This document shows, one piece after another, positions 59,572 to 64,000 of a DNA stretch of 64,000 nt. The position numbers were made by a program, and so were the translations under genes. Positions within the stretch are counted from its first letter, which is position 1, and the number at the start of each line of letters is the position of its first letter. The notes below the pieces were generated by a model that ran no database searches, was not told the origin of the DNA, and saw only the letters and a program-made list of their open reading frames with translations. The stretch is taken from contig CAZLVS010000002.1 of assembly GCA_964563085.1 (NCBI GenBank), forward strand, positions 64,091 through 128,090. Reading direction: 5' to 3'. This stretch comes from an uncultured Ignavibacteria bacterium (GTDB lineage Bacteria; Zixibacteria; MSB-5A5; UM-FILTER-46-8).

Positions 59572-60384
59572 GTGAAGAGAATTTTACTAAGTACAACTGT
59601 TCCTTTATTGTTTTTTGCCGTAACCCTTTTTGCTCAACCGGCTTATATAGTACATCATCAGGATCCGCCGGAAGGTCGCTCGGGCGATATTGAGATAATT
59701 CCTTACGATTCTACCTTAATTGTGGATCCCGATGGGGGATTCGTCTGCTTTGATGTTGTCATAAACAACTATGACAGCAGATCTGTACTCGGTTATGTAT
59801 GGGCGGAAGTCTACTGTCCGGCTACCGGCAGGCAATGGGAACCGCTGAACTTGGTATCGATGACACTCGGCCCTCACGAGACATTCATGTATGAAGACGG
59901 ATGTTTATATGTGCCGTGGTGTATCGACGGGGGATTGTACCAACTAATTGGAAAGGTGGGCTGCTATCCCTTTATAACTGATACAGATACGATCACCTTC
60001 TATAAGGATGGCGGTGGGGATTGGGATTGTCCTCCCAATTTCTTCATCGAGCTAAATACTATCCTTCCTTCGGGTACTGTTGTTTCGGAATGTCAGCGGA
60101 TCGAAGGCGAGACTGTGCCGGGCGTGGTTACTATCGGAGAGGTCTATCCCAATCCGTTCAATGCTTCCACGAATGTAAAGTTCAGCCTTTATGAGACCAC
60201 GGATGTTGAAGTAAAAATCTTCGACTTGTTGGGTGAAGAGGTCGTTTCCCTCGTAAACAGGGAGTTATACGCCGGCACCCATGAGGTGACCTGGGACGCC
60301 TCGATGATGTCCTCAGGAATCTATTTTGTGGAAATCAAAGCGGGTTCGGCTAAGCTGGTGAAAAAGCTCACGCTGGTTAAATAG
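59572..60384 (+). CDS. small secreted protein with T9SS C-terminal sorting domain (lacks the shared pre-CTD module)
   Basis: GTG start 5 nt after AAAGGAG. CTD VYPNPFNASTNVKFSL...GIYFVEIKAG...KKLTLVK. Confidence 0.75.
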   Translation: MKRILLSTTVPLLFFAVTLFAQPAYIVHHQDPPEGRSGDIEIIPYDSTLIVDPDGGFVCFDVVINNYDSRSVLGYVWAEVYCPATGRQWEPLNLVSMTLGPHETFMYEDGCLYVPWCIDGGLYQLIGKVGCYPFITDTDTITFYKDGGGDWDCPPNFFIELNTILPSGTVVSECQRIEGETVPGVVTIGEVYPNPFNASTNVKFSLYETTDVEVKIFDLLGEEVVSLVNRELYAGTHEVTWDASMMSSGIYFVEIKAGSAKLVKKLTLVK

Positions 60385-60401
60385 TCGTTATTGACTTAAA
60401 T

Positions 60402-62327
60402 TTACTTAGGTGTCTCACGAAGGAGTTCCTCGTCGGCCTCTTCGGATATTCCCTTATTCAGTTGTTCGCTTTTATCGTCGTTTTCATCGTCGAGGTTTTC
60501 CATTTCGGAGAGGTAATCCAAGTCCTCTTTGGATAGCGCATCCTCCATTTTCTCATCGGTGATCTCGGATTCCTTTCCCCCGGAGCTTTCCCCTTGATTT
60601 TCCGTATTCATCTCAGATTTAGGATCCGCCGAATCCTGTTCAGGGTTTGAAAACAACTCCTCAAGTTCCTCAGAATCAACGTTGGAACTCTCATTTTGCT
60701 CTTGGGCAGTTACTTTGCTTTCACTGTCGGATTGTTCTTCATTGCCCGATGACTCCTCGTTGTCAGCTTTACCTTCAACGCTGCCGATTATATCATCGAA
60801 TTCACCATCCATAAAACTCTTATTATCATTGGCGTCATGCTCCGTTCCATTCCATTCCGGAGTTTGATGAGGCGACTGTTGTTGTGGAGGATACTGTTTT
60901 TGTTTCGCTCGTTCCTGCGATTGGGTTTCATGTTGAGGCTGAGGCTGTTCAGTTTGCTGTGCCGGTTCCCGCTTGAGCGGTTCATTGAGCCCGCTGCTTG
61001 ATGCAAACCGTCTCAGTTCTTCATCCAATGAGTTATCAACCGTATTGGAAAATCCGCCAACCTGATTCAACAGATTAGACACCTGGTCAACATTGTTAAT
61101 AATCTCCTTAAGCTCCTGCCGCGTCTTTTCCACATCTTTTATGCTGGAAGTGATACTGTTGTCGTTTTCCTTCATTATCTCCCTGGTTTCCTCCGCCAAA
61201 CGCAGAGTGAAATAAACCAGTTTTCTTATTTCGTTTTCACCTACTTTTGCGGCTTTTACCGCCAACTCCTGAGCTTCTGCAATCGAGGAGTATGAAATAT
61301 CGGAAGCCGATTTCATCAAACCGGATATCTTGCTGGCATTCCGGTAGGTTTGTACAAATTGCGAGGCAACATCCGAAGTATCCTTAGCGCCGGCAGCCGA
61401 AATTTTGCTAACGGTTTTGCTGAGGTTTTTAATATTATCCGGAGTATTGTGAATCTCATCGGATGATGGTTGCGCCTCCGTTTGGTTTTCTGAGTTCTTA
61501 TCGGCGCTGCGGAGACTGTTTTCTGGGCGATCATAACTCTGCTTTTGTGTTTCGGGTTGAGCGAAGCTGCGAGGGCGCTCCTTTGCGCTTTCACTCTTGG
61601 CGTTACTCATCGCTTTAGGGGGCGTTGACACGGTTTTTGACGAAGGTAGTTTGCCCTTCTTAGGAAGTCTTTTTGATTTGATGCGATTAGATGCGAAAAA
61701 CAGCCCCGCCGCAGCCACAATTGAGACCAACGCAATTATCAACTCAATATTGCGGGCGAAAATTATACTTTCTTTCTCCTTATTGAAATCCGCAATATTC
61801 GCTTGGGCGAAATTGTCCAGCGATTGTCGCAGCTTATTTACGAAACCTGCAATGCTCTTTGATTGAGGTTCCAATTGTGACAGCGAAACCTCCCAGGCTT
61901 TGGTCCGCAGGTTGTTGAAGCTGAAATCCTGAGCTTTCAGATGATTGGTGATAAAAACAGCTACAACCGATTTTATACTATCAATATATCCCCACTGGGA
62001 ACCATCCAGCTTCTCCTCAATACTATAGATCGAATCGAGCAGGTTGTTTTGAAGTATGGTAATTTCTTCGAGATATGTCTGTTTTTCCGGTTGGGAATCT
62101 GCCAGAATATGCTTGTTGACCGTAGCCACGACCTGTTTGGGAGCATGGGAGATATAGTCCAAATGCTGTTTGGTGCTGTCGATATCCTCCTTAACGGTTA
62201 TAATCTGATTATCTACTTGCGATATTCCGCGATTGGATGATACCAAAGCATGTACAACCAGGATTATCGATAACAGCACCAGTAAGGGGGGCAACCAAAT
62301 CTTGAATTCACGCAGTTTACTACTCAT
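60402..62327 (-). CDS. hypothetical bitopic membrane protein with coiled-coil region and long acidic, low-complexity C-terminus
   Basis: TM near residue 15 and near residue 195. Q/E/D/S-rich C-terminal 250 aa. Confidence 0.6.
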   Translation of the reverse strand: MSSKLREFKIWLPPLLVLLSIILVVHALVSSNRGISQVDNQIITVKEDIDSTKQHLDYISHAPKQVVATVNKHILADSQPEKQTYLEEITILQNNLLDSIYSIEEKLDGSQWGYIDSIKSVVAVFITNHLKAQDFSFNNLRTKAWEVSLSQLEPQSKSIAGFVNKLRQSLDNFAQANIADFNKEKESIIFARNIELIIALVSIVAAAGLFFASNRIKSKRLPKKGKLPSSKTVSTPPKAMSNAKSESAKERPRSFAQPETQKQSYDRPENSLRSADKNSENQTEAQPSSDEIHNTPDNIKNLSKTVSKISAAGAKDTSDVASQFVQTYRNASKISGLMKSASDISYSSIAEAQELAVKAAKVGENEIRKLVYFTLRLAEETREIMKENDNSITSSIKDVEKTRQELKEIINNVDQVSNLLNQVGGFSNTVDNSLDEELRRFASSSGLNEPLKREPAQQTEQPQPQHETQSQERAKQKQYPPQQQSPHQTPEWNGTEHDANDNKSFMDGEFDDIIGSVEGKADNEESSGNEEQSDSESKVTAQEQNESSNVDSEELEELFSNPEQDSADPKSEMNTENQGESSGGKESEITDEKMEDALSKEDLDYLSEMENLDDENDDKSEQLNKGISEEADEELLRETPK

Positions 62328-62434
62328 TTAAAAACCTCCGGAGGGGTATTATATATTTACTCCTTTTATACATTATAAATTATCGGAGGAAAGGTGAGAT
62401 TTATTGAGTATCTTTTTTGTGCAAATTTAACCTG

Positions 62435-62597
62435 TATTATTCATAAATTTCGGCGCCGGTAGCGGAAGCCTTGTGCTTCCGGCATTTCTTTGGAATCATC
62501 AATTACAGTTTGTGAAGGATCTACTTCTATTGAACTCCCGAAGGACAAGCCTTCGGCTGCGGATGAATGGGTTTTATGAATAGTCCGGGTTAGTTTG
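62435..62597 (+). repeat. MITE-like intergenic repeat, family A copy 5
   Basis: CCTGTATTATTCATAAATTT...GGAAGCCTTGTGCTTCCGG...CCCGAAGGACAAGCCTTCGG...TTTATGAATAGTCCGGGTTAG. Terminal inverted repeat TATTCATAAA / TTTATGAATA. Confidence 0.7.
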
Positions 62598-62653
62598 TTA
62601 CGGTGGAATCCAAAGGGGAGCAGTGATTATGACTGACCGATAATATAGAGCAA

Positions 62654-63088
62654 TTATTCTCTGAGTTTATCGAAACTCTCTTCGGTAATATTGTCGAGTA
62701 CGCCATTGACAAAACGGCTGGAATCCTTGGTGCTGTACCTTTTTGCTAATTCGATACTTTCATCGATTGTTACTTTTCGCGGGATTTCGGGGAAGAAAGT
62801 GATCTCGCAAACGCCGATCCTGAGTATATTGAGATCGATGATAGCCACGCGAGACATTTGCCAGTTTTTCAAGTTTCGTTTGATAAGCTCATCAATAGTT
62901 ATATGGTTTCTTAAGACGGTGCGAAAAATATTCTCGCCGAAATAACTCGCTTTCTCGCCTAATTCATAACGCTCCGAACAGTGATCCCATATTTCCTGGA
63001 TTACATCTGCCTCATCCTTGCATCCCAATATCTCGTAAGCGTATAGCGCTTCCAGTACTGCCTGTCTCGCTTTTCGTCTCGGACCCAT
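62654..63088 (-). CDS. nusB: transcription antitermination factor NusB
   Basis: ARQAVLEALYAYEILG...RVAIIDLNILRIGVCEI. Confidence 0.85.
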   Translation of the reverse strand: MGPRRKARQAVLEALYAYEILGCKDEADVIQEIWDHCSERYELGEKASYFGENIFRTVLRNHITIDELIKRNLKNWQMSRVAIIDLNILRIGVCEITFFPEIPRKVTIDESIELAKRYSTKDSSRFVNGVLDNITEESFDKLRE

Positions 63089-63163
63089 ATTCGCTTTTAA
63101 AAGAACAAAACTAAGTAGTTTGCGACCAACTGATAATATTATAAAATAAACTATATAATCGAA

Positions 63164-63628
63164 CTAAATAATGTCAAGTAAATTAGCCATTTCGATTGCG
63201 GATAACGCCGCGTTCCATCCTTTGTTGCCCGCCTTAGTTCCGGTGCGCTCGATGGCTTGTTCTAAAGTATCGGTAGTTATCACGCCGTATATAACCGGAA
63301 CTCCGGTCGATAATGAAACATTGGCTACGCCCTTGGTGACTTCATTGGCGACGAAATCAAAGTGCGGAGTTGCTCCACGAACAACGGCGCCGATCGCTAC
63401 GATAGCGTCGTATTTCTTGGACTCCGCCATTTTCTTGGCTGCATAAGGGATCTCAAAAGAGCCGGGTACCCGGACAATTTTGATATCTTCATCCTTACAG
63501 CCATGTCTGTTAAGACAATCGAGCGCCCCCTCAAGCAGTTTCTCGGTAAAAAAATCATTGAACCGGGAGACAATCAAACCGAATCTCTTTCCTTCGGCTT
63601 TTAATGGAGCGGATATGTATTCAGGCAT
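63164..63628 (-). CDS. ribH: 6,7-dimethyl-8-ribityllumazine synthase
   Basis: [22 protein letters not shown]...[15 protein letters not shown]. Confidence 0.85.
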   Translation of the reverse strand: MPEYISAPLKAEGKRFGLIVSRFNDFFTEKLLEGALDCLNRHGCKDEDIKIVRVPGSFEIPYAAKKMAESKKYDAIVAIGAVVRGATPHFDFVANEVTKGVANVSLSTGVPVIYGVITTDTLEQAIERTGTKAGNKGWNAALSAIEMANLLDII

Positions 63629-63640
63629 TTGAATCCTCCT

Positions 63641-64000
63641 CTATTGTTCCTTCCGGATATTAAGTAAATGTCCCAATTTATCTCTTTTTGTTTCCAGATA
63701 ATGAAGATTGAATTCGTTATTCTCAACTTCTAATTTAACTCTATCGGTAATCTTTAATCCATGCCCTTCCAACCCAACTATTTTTTTGGGATTATTGGTC
63801 AGCACCCTAATCGTGGTTAAACCGAGATCCCGAAGTATCTGTGCGCCGATACCATAATCGCGCAAGTCCGGTTTGAATCCTAACTTCACATTAGCCTCTA
63901 CCGTATCGTAGCCCTCATCCTGCAATTCGTAAGCTTTAATTTTGTTAGATAAACCGATCCCGCGGCCTTCCTGTCGCATATACAAAACCACTCCGCATCC
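63641..64000 (-). CDS. ribBA: 3' part of bifunctional DHBP synthase / GTP cyclohydrolase II (continues beyond the window)
   Basis: GTP cyclohydrolase II C-terminal [30 protein letters not shown]. The reading frame stays open to the window end. Confidence 0.75.
   Translation of the reverse strand, partial: GCGVVLYMRQEGRGIGLSNKIKAYELQDEGYDTVEANVKLGFKPDLRDYGIGAQILRDLGLTTIRVLTNNPKKIVGLEGHGLKITDRVKLEVENNEFNLHYLETKRDKLGHLLNIRKEQ

Overview
The window appears to be chromosomal DNA from an uncultured FCB-superphylum-type bacterium. The evidence is seven genes ending in the Por/T9SS C-terminal sorting tail (NYPNPFN...GVYFYKL...KRMTLLK).

Housekeeping genes are well supported: nadE, an acyl-CoA ligase, a polyprenyl synthase, dinB, tmk, the topA-xerC pair, the yicC-gmk-rpoZ cluster, an NFACT/RqcH-like protein, a PEP-synthase regulatory kinase, ksgA, pdxJ, nusB, ribH and a partial ribBA, plus an S41 Ctp protease, a TauE/DUF1634 pair and a PAP2 phosphatase.

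The accessory or unusual content is as follows.
1. A tight minus-strand operon of ECF sigma factor, zf-HC2 anti-sigma factor and a membrane-anchored TPR-CHAT protease (884-5107).
2. A family of five T9SS cargo paralogs. Their N-terminal heads are unrelated (FG-GAP propeller, two beta-helix proteins, a CGPC protein, others). All five carry the same ~110-aa module directly upstream of the sorting tail, conserved at nucleotide level.
3. A TatD hydrolase fused to a radical-SAM domain.
4. A four-gene operon of unknown function: outer-membrane beta-barrel, two paralogous lipoproteins and an anchored periplasmic protein.
5. An atypical LuxR-type response regulator lacking the phospho-acceptor aspartate.
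6. An orphan ParA-like ATPase next to an 800-bp ORF-free region.
7. Dense intergenic repeat content: a ~165-bp MITE-like element in five same-orientation copies, GC-rich hairpin/REP-like repeat families, an 18-bp tandem triplet and a recurrent terminator hairpin.
8. A 520-bp hairpin-dense convergent intergenic region (363-883) containing a closed ~244-nt stem-bounded domain that may be an ncRNA.

No tRNA, rRNA or CRISPR array was recognised. All calls come from reading the translated ORFs and the sequence by eye. No database search was run.
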